From Jimgerdemannia flammicorona (Eukaryota), in the NCBI GenBank assembly GCA_003990765.1, contig RBNJ01000017.1, positions 1 to 59,824 of the forward strand: a DNA stretch of 59,824 bases, given 5' to 3'. Numbering within the stretch: position 1 is the stretch's first letter; every line of letters begins with the position of its first letter. Under the pieces are notes generated by a model, which was not told where the DNA came from, searched no databases, and saw only the letters and a list, made by a program, of their open reading frames with translations. Positions 38,976 to 51,665 of the stretch are shown here, in pieces. The position numbers were made by a program, and so were the translations under genes.

Positions 38976-41900
38976 GAAGGCTTATGATAGGGTATAGTGA
39001 GTCTGGTTGATAAAAGTATTAGATAAGACTGGGATACTGCACCAGTTCTGGTCAGCAATGATCAGCCTACTGAAAGAGAGTAGGGCTGCTCTCATATATA
39101 ATGGATATAGAGAAGTATCATTTCTCTTGGGTAGAGGTATATTCCAGAGAGACCCACTGTCCCCTATTCTATATGCTCTCTTTCTGAAACCTCTAATGGA
39201 TAGAATTAGGCAGAAGATAGTGGGGCTCTCTATCTTTGGAATTGGGTGGAAAGTTGGGGCCTTTACAGATAACATAGTGGTTGGCCTGGGATCAATTGCT
39301 GATATTGAGGAGCTCAAGGAGATAGTGAAGTGATATGAGGAGAACTCTGGGGCTAAACTCAATTGGTATAAGTGTGAAATAATAGTGTTAGGCAATGGCC
39401 TAGTAGGAGGGGATGTTATTGGAACAATCATCCCTACTGGTGAGATAGTGTAGTACTTGGGTATTTATTTGTCAGTATATAGATCAGTATTACTCAGACT
39501 TTGGTAGGAGCAGAGGATTGGAATCTGAGGGAAGGCCCTGTAGAGTTGGGGGGGGGGTGCCACTTATCTCTAGTAGGGTATGTCTCAATTTTGAACATCT
39601 ATTGGCTGTCAAAGTTATAATATCTGGCTTACCATCTGGACTTCCCAGCCTGGGTGGTGAAGAGATTGATGAAGCTGGCCAAGAGGTAGATCTGGGCTAG
39701 AAGACAGAGTCAGATCAGTTGGGAGGTCTTATCCTTACTGGTGATAAGAGGAGAACTTGAGCTGGTTGACTTTCCAAAGAGGCTATACTGCTTGGGAGCA
39801 TGGTGGTTAAAGAGAGCAGTAGAGTTGAGAGGGGGCAGCTGGGTCCTCCTATTGCAGAAGGTCTGGGAGATGAGGTCCTTATCAAGAGGCTTGATAGGAG
39901 ATCTTTTATCATTGGTTGGGCTTTGGAACACTGAATAATTGTGATACAAAGACTTCTGGTGGAGGGTAGCAGAGGGGGTGCACCACATTGGAATTCATTG
40001 GCAGGGAAATAAAAGAGAGATAGCTTGGGACCCAGTGATGTAGAGATAAGACCAAGTGTTGCTGGGAGGCATCCCCTTAGTTGAGTTTGACATTAGTGAT
40101 GAGATAGAATGCCAAAGGGTACTAGGCCAGGATCTGTGGCCTAGCAGATGGCAGGGAGTAAGTATCAGAGAAGAGTAAAACTGACATGACATTTGGGCCT
40201 AGAGTACTGAGGTAAGGAGGTGGATACTGCTGAAGTACTGGGTGGTCTGGTAGTGCATGCTGAGGAGAAATGTAATGCTCAACTTTTGCTTAGGTCACCT
40301 TATTGAGGGGGGTTTCTTTGACTGTGAGGAGTGCCAAAATATAGAGCAGGAAGGGAGATATGTGCAGATACCTGAACATTGGCTAGGAGAGTGTAAAGTG
40401 CTTAGTGACTTTTGGCAGACTGTTGGAGATTATTTGGGGGTAGTGTATAGGAGAGATGGTGCATGGGGTAGGTGGGAGGATTTGAGGGATAGACTGGTGG
40501 GGGGGGGGGTGGGGAAGGAGTGGCTTACCTTAGGATAGATTTTGGTGATTTGGATAGAACTGGTCAGTCACTGGTTACTTGTTTTGAGGATAGGAGGTAA
40601 TTGGGCTTAAGGGACTGGCTGTTGCATTGGCATAGCCTTATGGAAGACATATTGACAGACTGGTAGCTTGGTTGGAGGTTGCAGGGTAGTCAAAGGTGTC
40701 ACTTGGTAAAGAAAGTCTGTGGGCAGAGTAGGGGGAGAGTTGGAGTAATAGGTGAGAAGATAGTCTTTATTTATAATGATAAGAGGAGGAGCTCCCCTGT
40801 GGGGATTGAGTAGTGGGAGGTGATACTGTATACTTATTAATAGACTGGTAATAAATGGCAGAGTCCAAGTAACTATAAAAAAAAAAAAAAAAAAAAAAAA
40901 AGGCTAATTTCTCACTGGTATCTTGAGTGAGACCAATCTGATAGAAGCCTGAGAACAGATTCAAGGTGGTATAGAATTTGGCTTCACTTCTAAGAGTGAT
41001 AAGAATTTCTTAAATATTTGGTAAGAGCTGCATATTCTTCTTAGTAATTATATTAAGCTTTCTGTAATTAATGCAGAGTCTTAGGACAAACTCTCCAGAC
41101 TTACTTTCTTTCTTTAGAGTGAGGACAATGAGTGAAGTCCAGGAGCTGATAGCTTACTTGATAATACCAGTTCATTTTCTTAAGTTCTGCTCACAGTCAT
41201 TCTCTATAGGTAGGTGGTATGGGTCTGACTTTCTGATAGATGAGCTTGGTATCACTAGTATCAACTTCATAATAGTACTTGGATTCTTGATTATAGATGT
41301 CTCTAAAGTCTGTGGCAAGTATTTCTTTATTCTGATACAGTATCTTGAGAAGTTGTTCTTCTAAAGAAAGTTTTCTCCAATGATATATATGTATGTGCTT
41401 ATTCTGGTCCTTATCTTTCTTATACTTAAGTTTAGTAATCTTGATAGTAGCATAGACTCCTCTTTCAGTAGATCCAAAGCCTTGTTCTCCTCTCTTAGTC
41501 TTGATGAGTTCAATGACTTCAGTGATCTTAGGCTTCTTGACTTCATGGATTAGTATCTGGCCAATCCTGTCATACTTCTTGACTTCAAATAGAGTGGTAA
41601 AGTTGTGATTTCTGACTATAAGAAAGATCTCACCAGTGTAATCAGGATCAATGACTCCTCCTTCAACTGAGTTTTTACTCTTGGTCAGACTGCTCTTGGT
41701 CTTGATAATTCCAACATGGTTCTCTGGTAACTTGACTTCAATTTCAGTACCAAGTAGAGTGATGGTCTGTAGTTTGAGGATAATATCTTGGATACTGGTA
41801 AGGTCTATTCCTACAGCTTCTTCAGTTTTGTATTCTGGGATCTTGGCTTTAGGGTGAAACTTCTTAACCTTGAGAGTAATATCTGGTTCTTATTTCTCAT

Positions 41901-44096
41901 CATTATCACTATCAGCTTGAAGCTCTGAGGGCTAGTCATCTTCTTTGGCTTTCTTTTTTACTTTAGCTACTTCTTACTCATACCTTTATTGATGAATTTT
42001 TCTAACTTTACTGATACAGGACCAGTAGTTATTTAGATATTCAGAGCAGTATATCTTAGCACCATGGGGGTATCTTTCTTGAGAGTCATAGCCATCAATG
42101 ATCTTATTGTACTACTGCTTATCTGTGAGCTTAGTTGTCTTGCTTTTGTTCTTATATACTGAGTGTATGAAGACTTCTGTGTTCTCTTTATCTTCTTTCT
42201 CTATATTTGGTAGTACTTCTTTGTGGATATTGATAAAGACTTGTACCTTTCTTCTTATATAATTGATCTATATTTTCTAGACATTGAGATCAATGATAGT
42301 CTTGGCCTTATAAAGCCATTGGTTACTAATGAGGATGTCATAGTTAGTGGTACTTGTGATAATTATATCTACTGAGATAGTAGTTTCTCCAATCTTGATA
42401 GGAACTTCTCAGATCTTGCCTAGAGAGGTAGCTTATATACCATCTGTTGTAACATAGACTATTTTGGTGAATTCTTTAATATTCCAGCCTAAGCAGTCAA
42501 TTGCCTTCTTATTAATAAGATATTCTCTAGCACTAGTATCAATGATAGCATCAAAGATACAATCTTCAATCTGATATTAAGTATAGACTGAGGTCTTATA
42601 CTGATCTTCAGATTCTTCACCTAAGTCTTCTTATTCATCTTCCTATATATTGTGAGCTTCTATGATCTTGTACTCTTAGTTATTAATAGTAGTTGCAAGT
42701 CCTGCTCTCAACTGCTATCTGAAGGCAGGGACTTCTGCTAGTTGTCCAAAAGTAGTATTGACCTTCTATTTCTTGAGATCTTTGTAGATATTATACTAAT
42801 GGACCTTGGTCTTGCACAGCTTCTGTTCTTTCTTGCTTTTACTTTCTTCTGAGACTGGAGTAGTACCTTCAATAATTTGGCAGATAGCTTTATCTAACTC
42901 TATATCTTGATCAATCTCCTCAGATTGGATCTTATTTTGAATAGTGATAGTTGAGGTTCTTTTTGGTATTTCAACTAGCTTACTGTTATCCTTCTTGTTA
43001 TAGAACTTGGACTGAGTTCTGATACCTTCAGTGATAGGATAGAATTCAGACTCCTCATAGTATTCTTCATCATTAGTATCACCAATTTCCTCAATGACTA
43101 CAGTATTAGTTTGTTCTCTAGTTCTAGTAGTATTACTTAGTTGAGCTCTATGCCTTGTTTCAGTTATGTAATTCTTTACATAGTAGTCTTCTTCTCTATA
43201 TTTGAAGTATATAATAGTGTATTCTTCTGTAGTAGCTGTAAACTTCTGTACTAGTCTCCTGTTGGCACTTTGTACTTCTCTAACAATATCACTAAGATAC
43301 ATATATAGTCATCTTAGCAAACTACTGAGTAAGTTCCTCCACTGAGTTGGCTTTAGTTATCTTGGAGATAGATAGAGATAGTTGTCTGTTAAGAGCTGTG
43401 GTAAATATGATACTAGTTAGCTTTAGTGACTCTATCTTGATATCAGTTATCCTTTCTATTAAGTGTTCAGCAGAGTGTCTGGTTGTCTAATATCTCTGTA
43501 CAAAGACCACTTTCTGATCAAGGGTTAGAGCAGCTAGAGTAGACTGGATTGCTAGAGTAATTTCATAGTAGACTCCTTTTAGAAAGATTGAATCAGCTAT
43601 CTATTCCTTGAGGGAATTATCATAGCCAGCTAAGATAATCTAATGGCAGATTTGGATGTAGAATAAGTTGAGATCTTCATAGAGTTCTTGGCAGATAGTA
43701 TTGAGTTGATCTTTGAGAGCTTGCTTGATCTCTTCAGTATAGTATATAGTTCTGAGGAAGTTCTTCATATTAGTGAGTTTGGCTGCACCAGTATCAGTAA
43801 TGGTAGTTGTATTGAACTTATCTTTAGCAGGTCCTCTGAGACTGATAAGTAGAAGAGCCAATTGTGCTTCAACATTGAGAGCTCATATGGTGGCAAATTG
43901 TTCAAAGTCTTCAATGAAGGTTAGAATTGACTCTTTAGTAATAAATCCATAGAATATGGGGGGACATATTTCCATCTTATCTTAAATTCCTATAGGGGGT
44001 AACTCTTATAGTCAGGGTAGTTATTATAATGGTTATTTGTTTTTTAGCTTGAAAGTGAAGGATCCTAATAGTATTACTAGCCACTGGACACCAAGT

Positions 44097-45690
44097 TATT
44101 ATATAATAGATGCTAAGTTCTCTAAGTATGTCAGATTCTCTTTAAGATATATCTCTTAGACTAATTATAAGTTTCTTATAAGTAAGTTCTATTGGAGTAC
44201 CCTCTCAAGGTCTTATAGTCCTCAAACTTCTTATCTTTAAACTATTCTGTTGTCTCTTAGATTTACTTGCTTGGAATTGAGTAGAGAACTAGAACTTCTA
44301 TACTTTTGGAGTAGTTAGATACTTGAATGCTTGAGTATTTTAATATTGACTTTATTTCAAAGAAAATGAGAGAGGTATTTATATAAAATATAATTCAATG
44401 ATTGCTAAGTTATAAAACTAAATATAGATCCCAATAACTAAATAAGATATTTAAATATAGAAAACTTTAGATTATAAGTACAAATTTAAGTATCTATACA
44501 ATTGATTATAAGAGATCAGGATGCCAGAATAATTTCAACAATTATACAAAAAACTTAGAGTAGAATGTTCAGAATCCTGGAGACTTCATCTTTATTACTA
44601 TTATTAAGGCTAGAGATCAGAGACAGAATATCTTCAAAGAAAATAAGATCAGTAAATATTTCTGTAAACATCTTATCTATTTTGTATATTTTATATATTT
44701 TATATATTTTGCATATTTTGTATATTGATTAGTGGGATGACATCATCACTGATAACATCATCATATTCAGTAGCAGTGAGGTAAGAAGATTAGGAGCTCT
44801 CCAATCTATGATATTTTCCTCTATAAAGTAAGAAACAAAGGTGAGATCTTAATGGAGTCTAATCTGAATACTGGGGCCTTGGAATACTGAGATTAATTCT
44901 TGCAGAAATTGATCTGAATTATCCTGGAGGATGAGATTCTAGAACTCTTCTATCTCATTACTTTTGAGAGTAATAGTAAATTGGACTTCTATAACTACTA
45001 TGACCTCTAGTACATCTATATGGCAGGCTGATAATTTTTTAAAGTCTGAGACTCTGGTATACTCCAAGTTAGAAATTGATCAAGATATATGCCTGAAGAT
45101 CTGATGAATCTTTTTGACTACCCTCAATTTGTATATATCTATAGAGTTGGCATTTTGTATCTTCTGAAGATTGGTCTGAGGGAATTTCTGATAGAGAAGA
45201 TTTCTTATTTTGTATTTCTGCCACATTTAGAGGTATTTGGTAGTAGTAGTGATCCTTGTCTCCATTTTATAGTAGTAGAGAATAAAGTAGTAAGAGTTAC
45301 TAGTACTCAGATTAAGACTAGGAATCCTTCTAGTATAGATTCTTATAGCTCTTCTGATGTCTTGGAATATCCTTTCTTGGACTGAGAATCCTTAGTGATT
45401 TCAGGATCTTGAGGTTTGGCAAGTAGTGGACATTTGTTTATAGTGAGTCTTTTGAACTATTTCAGGATTTTGTAAGTCTTGTTTAAGTTGCTATTACTGT
45501 GGTTTCTTAGTTCTTCTTATATTTTTTAAGATATCTATCTTGTAGTCATCATAACTCATAGTTTATTATTATTACCTATCTTGTAGCCTAGGTGAGTTAT
45601 GTTGTATAATCTTCTTATACTCTGATCTGATGACTTGTAAGGAAAGACTGTCTTCTGTAATGATGTCACTATTCTAAGATTACTATTACA
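44097..45690 (-). repeat. 5' LTR of family A element 2, with U3 ORF remnant ~44555-45434
   Basis: Begins TGTAATAG on the minus strand at 45690; PBS-like ACTTGGTGTCCAGTGG at 44081-44096. Confidence 0.9.
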
Positions 45691-46164
45691 ATATGTAATA
45701 TTAAAAGTCTCTCAAAGATAAGTATATATAATAGGATTAGAGAGATATCTTATAGAAAATTTATATATATTAGTTAAAGTAGTTACTGACAAGAGAGAGA
45801 AGAAAAAAGAAATAATAAAAAGAGAGAGATAGACAGTAGAATAGAGAGAGTTAAATATAGTAGTAATTTAAATAATTTTATAATTAACTTTATAATTATA
45901 CTAATTTGTCTATATTATAAAATGAGAGATAAATATATATATTTAAGTATCAATATTAAGTATAGTAGAATGTAAAATATGGTAGAATATAGTAGTATAT
46001 ATTTATAAAAATAAAAATGATATAACTAAATTCAAATTAATTAGATTTGATTATATATATTATATAAATCACATGATAAAATTTATAAACAAATTTATCT
46101 ATAGATATCAATAATCTAAAGAATAAAGAGATATATATAGTACTGAATATATAGTCAATATATA

Positions 46165-47150
46165 TTTTTTATTTTTTCTATAAGCTCTGTATCTTTTTAT
46201 TAACTAATTTATAACAAATACAAGATTCTTATATTACATAAGTAGCTCTAATCTAACTCTATCTTACTTTACTCCAATATACTTCTTTCTTCTCATTTAC
46301 TCTTTTTTAAAGACTATCAGATTATTAACCATCTCAATCTACCTACTACTTCTCTTGTATATTTCTTCTATCTGATATTTATAGTAACTCTCTTAAGGAC
46401 TCCACTCCCTCTATCAGTCTGACAGAATATCCACTATCAACTCTTCTCACCTCACTACTCTTTTTTTTAAAATTATCTACATATCTTCTATTCTTGAATA
46501 CATATTACTAGTATTTAGTTAATCTTATCTATATTACCAATATCCACTTAACTATAAGTTATTCATTATTAATATAACTCACCAACTGCTCCTTTAAGTC
46601 ATCCTATCTCCCCCCCTCTCTACTATCTTGCTACTTTACCTCTAAATAATCTCTAACTATTACTCAGAAGTCACAAAGTACCTTATATACTTCTAACTAA
46701 TATTCTGGTATCTGTACAGTTCTATCCTTCTGTCTAATATTATAACAATTCTCATACTCAAAAATCCTCTCTTCTACTAAGTATTCTGATCTAAAGTTCA
46801 ATATGATATTACCACTCAGAGTCTCAGAGGAAGCTATTGTCACACCTCAGTACTCCAGGACTAGACTCTGGCCTAGTTCCATATCTTATCAATATCTGTT
46901 AACTATTAGCCCACTAGCTACAAATCCTATCTCACTCTCTATTAATACTCAATATTAGTACCAACATCAAGTCTATATGAGAGAACTACTCAATAGAAGT
47001 CTATTCTACTACTATATCACATATCTCTATTATAGCTCTCTATAGTTAATATATATAAAGCCAACTACTACAGTCAAGTAATGTAAAGTCTATATCATTA
47101 TAGTAGAATTGACAATATATCTCTGATTTCAAAGACTAGAAGTGATATTA
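46165..47150 (-). mobile_element. Very decayed 3' fragment of an older related LINE
   Basis: A T-rich tract, then ataagctctgtatctttttattaactaatttataa, resembling the LINE 3' end at 1096-1135; patchy similarity continues (e.g. cacacctcagtactccagg). Confidence 0.55.
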
Positions 47151-48453
47151 CCAAAATTAATACTATGTAGTCAGTAGAGTCGGCCACTTTTGTTTCCTTC
47201 ATGCAATCCAGAATTGGAATCCAAAATCAAAGTGGGGACTCGCGTAAGCTGGATGCAGTATTCCACAAACAGGAGTAGGCATTCAATAGGCAATGTTCAC
47301 AAGAACATCCCTCCTGAAATCGCAATGTGGGCGTGAGTTCGAATCGGTTGCACCATCCAGCAACCAAATAATTACATTACATATGCTATAGTTTAAGCAA
47401 GTCGGCTTCTTCCAGACCTTCCAACGCCACGCCGCCGCAGATCTATTGATTGCGAGATAGCATCTTATCTACGATCGATACATCTGCTCGTCTCCCGATA
47501 TTGAATGGAAAATCGCAATCAATTTTTATGCATGCCTGTCCTGATTAACGAACTAATGTAAAAGCATGAAGTCGATAAAAATCCCAAAATACGACACACG
47601 TCTTTGTCGTCGCAGCGCTCTGTCGCCTTGACAGCCAAGCAGGTCGGCACCTCCGCCATCCCCGAGCCGGAACCGGAGCCCATACCCATCCCCAGCAAAC
47701 CGCCGCGCAACCACTGCGTTACACCGCCGCCACCATCCGTTTGCTTATGCGAGACTAATTTTGGTTTTTTGCGGGGCATGGGGCTGGTTTATGCTTCCAT
47801 ATTAGTTTTTATTTTATTTATTTTTAGGGGGACAATAAGAACTATTGACACATCGAGCTTAGTCTTGTTACATTGAACGCGGAGTTTTTGACAGCGATCG
47901 TTATACGAAGCATGTTATGTTCTCTGTTTCCTGCTGTCAATGTGACGCCGTTGTTTGACATCTTTATTCAATTATTCAATGCAGAAACTAGCAATCAAAT
48001 TGCAGATGTGTCCAATTTTTACTGATTTATTTTATAGACTTCTACAAACTTCTCGTATTCAGCGTCGTCCGAGAAATGGAACTTTGGGACACGAGGTTCT
48101 GGTATCGGAAAAGTACCGTAATATGGGGCGAGCATGCCCGCCTCTTCCTTTTTTTAATATACCGGCTGGAATAATATCGCAACGTGGTTCTACAAATACC
48201 CGGAGCGAGAGTACCGGGACAGTGTTTTCCCGAAATATCCGAATCAGGCTCCTCACTCGATGAAATGGTTAGATTCGTTTTTGTCCTACGCTTGGCAGGT
48301 TCGTATTGGTTTGCGGAGTATTTTTTACCCCGATTGGGTGCGCGACGGGCCACACATGACACGAATTCCGGATTCGGGGCATCTTCCGATTTCCTGATTT
48401 CCTGATTGGGCCAGGTTCGAAGCAACGGCAAAAAAAAGCTTTCGACAGAAATG

Positions 48454-48460
48454 TATAAAA
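48454..48460 (+). promoter_or_regulatory. Candidate TATA box of the acetate channel gene
   Basis: TATAAAA 75 nt upstream of the ATG, followed by a pyrimidine-rich leader. Confidence 0.5.
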
Positions 48461-48528
48461 ACGAGCTACCGTCGCCTTTCTTCAATATTCACCACTCTCC
48501 CAATCAACCAACTCAACACTCTTCAAAC

Positions 48529-49278
48529 ATGTCCGACGCCGAGAATAAACACTCCATGGCCCACCATACACCTGCCCCCCCCCAGGTTGCCAATCCCGGA
48601 CCCCTCGGTCTATCAGCCTTCTCCCTGACCACTTTTGTTCTGTCTTGTTACAACGCTGGTGCTGGCGTTAGCCCCACGGGCCCCGCGACCATCATCGTCG
48701 GTCTCGCCCTCTTCTACGGTGGCCTTGTTCAGGTATGTGTCTTGCAATCATGCATTGGAATATCACTAGGCCTGCTAGTCTAGCCTAACAGCGCCATCCA
48801 CCACTCTATCTTCCAAAAGTTGCTCGCTGGTATGTGGGAATTTAAAGCCGGCAACATGTTTGGTGCTACCGCCTTCAGCTCCTATGGCGCCTTCTGGCTT
48901 TCGTTTGGTGTGATCTTCATCCCCTGGTTCGGCATCCTCGCGCCCTACACTACCAAGGACGCCGCTGGCAATGACTTCACCTATGAGCTCGATAACGCTC
49001 TCGGTATCTACCTGCTCGCTTGGACCATCTTCACCGGCATCATGCTCATTGCCTCCCACCGTACCTCCGGCGGCCTCGTCGCCCTCTTCTTCGCCCTCTT
49101 CGTCACTTTCGTCCTTCTCACCGCCTCCAAATTCAACGCAAGCACCACTTGCCAAGTTGCTGGTGGTGCCTTTGGCATCATCACCGCCATCATCGGTTGG
49201 TACGTGGCTCTCTCTGGGCTCTTGACCCCTGAGACCTCCAACTTCACCCTCCCCGTTCTTCCCCTCAAGAAGAACTAA
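48529..49278 (+). CDS. ADY2: GPR1/FUN34/YaaH (Ady2/SatP) acetate transporter, 220 aa; exons 48529-48732 and 48820-49278
   Basis: Signature [34 protein letters not shown] and multiple hydrophobic segments; 87-nt phase-0 GT..AG intron with a CTAAC branch site. The symbol is family-level. Confidence 0.96.
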
Positions 49279-51665
49279 AGAATTGCCTCCTTAATCTGCA
49301 CAATATTAAATATAATTGCTCCAACTCAGTCTTTATAGAGGATATCGCATGTAACAGAATCCTCATTGTGTACCCCTACTTTTATTTGCTCGTTTGTAAT
49401 TCTAGTTCTCACGTTTCGTTTAATGTATGATGGATCCTATGAAAAACGAATACATATAAACTGAACGATCCGCATTATGTCCTTTTTGGCTGGTATGTTG
49501 AAGAAATCTTATGGTAATCATCGGCGCAACAACATTTACCCGTACTAAATTCAAGCGCCGATAAACCTGTGTAATGTTAGAGTTTGACATGCTGGGGGCG
49601 CATCCACTGGTTCTAAAAAAAAAAAAAAAAAAACGCCGATGGCAAAGTGGTTTACCCTTTTTGTGACTGGGTTTTGCGCGTCCTCTCGGCCATTGATTAT
49701 TACGTTTCCGGTAACCACGTTTTCGGAATCTGTGCCTGAGTGGCGTGGTTTTATTTTTCGAAACAAAGACACATATAGATAAGCTGTGCCGCCACATGGA
49801 CCTACTATAGGTGCGCATAACTGAGTTCTTATAGACAAACTTCATTAATAATAGAGTACTTCTGAATAAAAAGTAACCCGTTTGAATAAATATTTGTATT
49901 ACACTCATAGGTCTGTATTACATTATACTAAGGGAACGCAAAATCACCACACGTCCTAGGTTGAGTACCATGTCTTAGGTTGGAAGTACACGAAATCACC
50001 ACATCCTAGTGAATAGCGGCTCCATAAGACAATGGCTGGCAATATTCTTTGACTTCGTTTAGATAGAGAGTGAATAAGAATAGTGTGTTCCATGCCACTG
50101 CCAAATCCAGTTCACTAAAAGAACTAAAAGAGGAGGTTCACTAAAGTGTCCACCAGAATTATTTTTAGAAAATATCAATTTGCTACTATGGCTTGTTTGT
50201 CACGATTGGAGCCTCATGATCAGGATGGTTGGGAATTTTAAATTATGCATGATGATAAGAATGAGACTGGAATGGAGAGCAGATCATTCATGTTCACAGT
50301 AATAATAATAATCACATCAGTATAATAAATTAACACCCCAACATCATAATGATATATATTATTGCCAAAGATGATAGCATCAGATTCATGTTACTATCAT
50401 AGTTATATACTAAATAGTCAATGATAGCTAATTTTGAAATAGAAATAACAGTCTTATTAGTAATAATAATAATAATTATAATATATAGATACTTAAAAAT
50501 CACTATCAATAATTAGGTAACAGTAATTAATGAAAAGCTAATAAGTATATATGTACAAAACTAGTAAAAAGATAATTTATAATTATACCAATCAGGTCAA
50601 TAGCTTGGTCAATTCGATCAATATACTTGTAAGGAGAGATTCTGATAAAGTAAAAGTAAAGATAAAGCAATTATCCTTATATGTAGATTGTTAGATATGT
50701 CCTGTTTTTTGCGTGGTGCATCTTGTGCGATCCCCGCCCGAATTTTATTGATCTTCCAGGATTAAAGACTCGCTTTCATGCGTATTCGAAGGTTGTTGAA
50801 TATTTAATTTTTGGGAAGGGAGACATGGAAAGGGGATGTGGGGAGGATGCTTCCAGCGGCGGGAATTTGCATCGTGGACAAAATATTATCAAAGGCTTGA
50901 CCTGTGATAATTATTGCCGTGGATGCGTCTATAATTGTGTTATTATGATTTATGCTTCTCGACGGTTTTTGCAAGACGCTGTCGGAGCTGTTGGTAAGAC
51001 GTACGGTTTCGCTCTACTCGAGACAAATCCGAATAACCATCATGTCTAGCTCTTATTTGGTCCAACGAGGAGATTATCAGAAATAGAAGGTGAGAATCCT
51101 CTTCCTTGAGAACTGAGTCGTGGACGAGATAACATGTGTGTGAAAAGCACTGTTTTAACCAAGATTAAGAATCTGTGCATTGTATTGACAAACTTCAGAC
51201 TAGGTAAAAAAAAAAAAAAAAAAAAAACTATGAATGGGCTCATAAATTTATCGGTACCACGTCACCCGCAGTGAGCTCTCGTTCTTCGCCTTTTATTTGG
51301 CCCCAGCTCCCACTACTATTGACGCGGTGAAAAGGAGGTTTAAATTCTTTGGTGTTTCCGACACGCTACAGTCAACCCACCAGCTGTAACGCTCGATTCC
51401 CAATTCATAGTGGACAGTGTGAAGATGCCAATATAGACGATGATCCAGGGGCATCCAACAAGATGGGCGCACGCTTCTGGTGTCATTATGCATGCAAAAA
51501 ATGGGAAGAGAAAGCAGTTTCTACCTAGTGCTCGTGCATCTGATCTCTTTGGGCGTTTGCATGACATCATCCGGCGCCCTCCTTTCATAATTTTCACTTC
51601 TTAGCTTCGAACTCATCACCATCCTTCTTCTTTCCTTCTAGATCACCCGCTTGTTCAAACACATC

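Larger units (their letters stand above)
32941..40901 (+). mobile_element. Full-length degenerate L1-clade LINE with a solo LTR inserted in its RT
   Basis: Poly(A) 40877-40901; TSD aagactgatttctca (32926-32940) / aaggctaatttctca (40900-40914); ORF1 ~33.0-35.06 kb; EN DFN/RID/SDH 35.1-35.8 kb; RT 36.6-39.5 kb. Confidence 0.95.
22970..45690 (-). mobile_element. Gypsy family A element 2, full-length with two LTRs, hosting two LINEs and a nested solo LTR
   Basis: Internal pieces 24611-25060, 30878-32940 and 40902-44096 rejoin into IN-RH-RT-dUTPase-PR-gag once the insertions are removed. TSD not clearly preserved. Confidence 0.92.

Noticed and set aside
25046-40914. Sequence-specific (Tx1-style) LINE targeting
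   Set aside because: The observed TSDs share only A-richness at the nick and fall in unrelated targets.
46020-46060. Far end of the decayed MITE that starts at 713
   Set aside because: Only vague AT-rich similarity, with no TIR or TSD recognisable.
47519-48485. ORFs upstream of the transporter (also 49420-49908 and 50723-51597)
   Set aside because: No motifs or splice support; overlapping frames, some crossing homopolymers; probably promoter or intergenic DNA.
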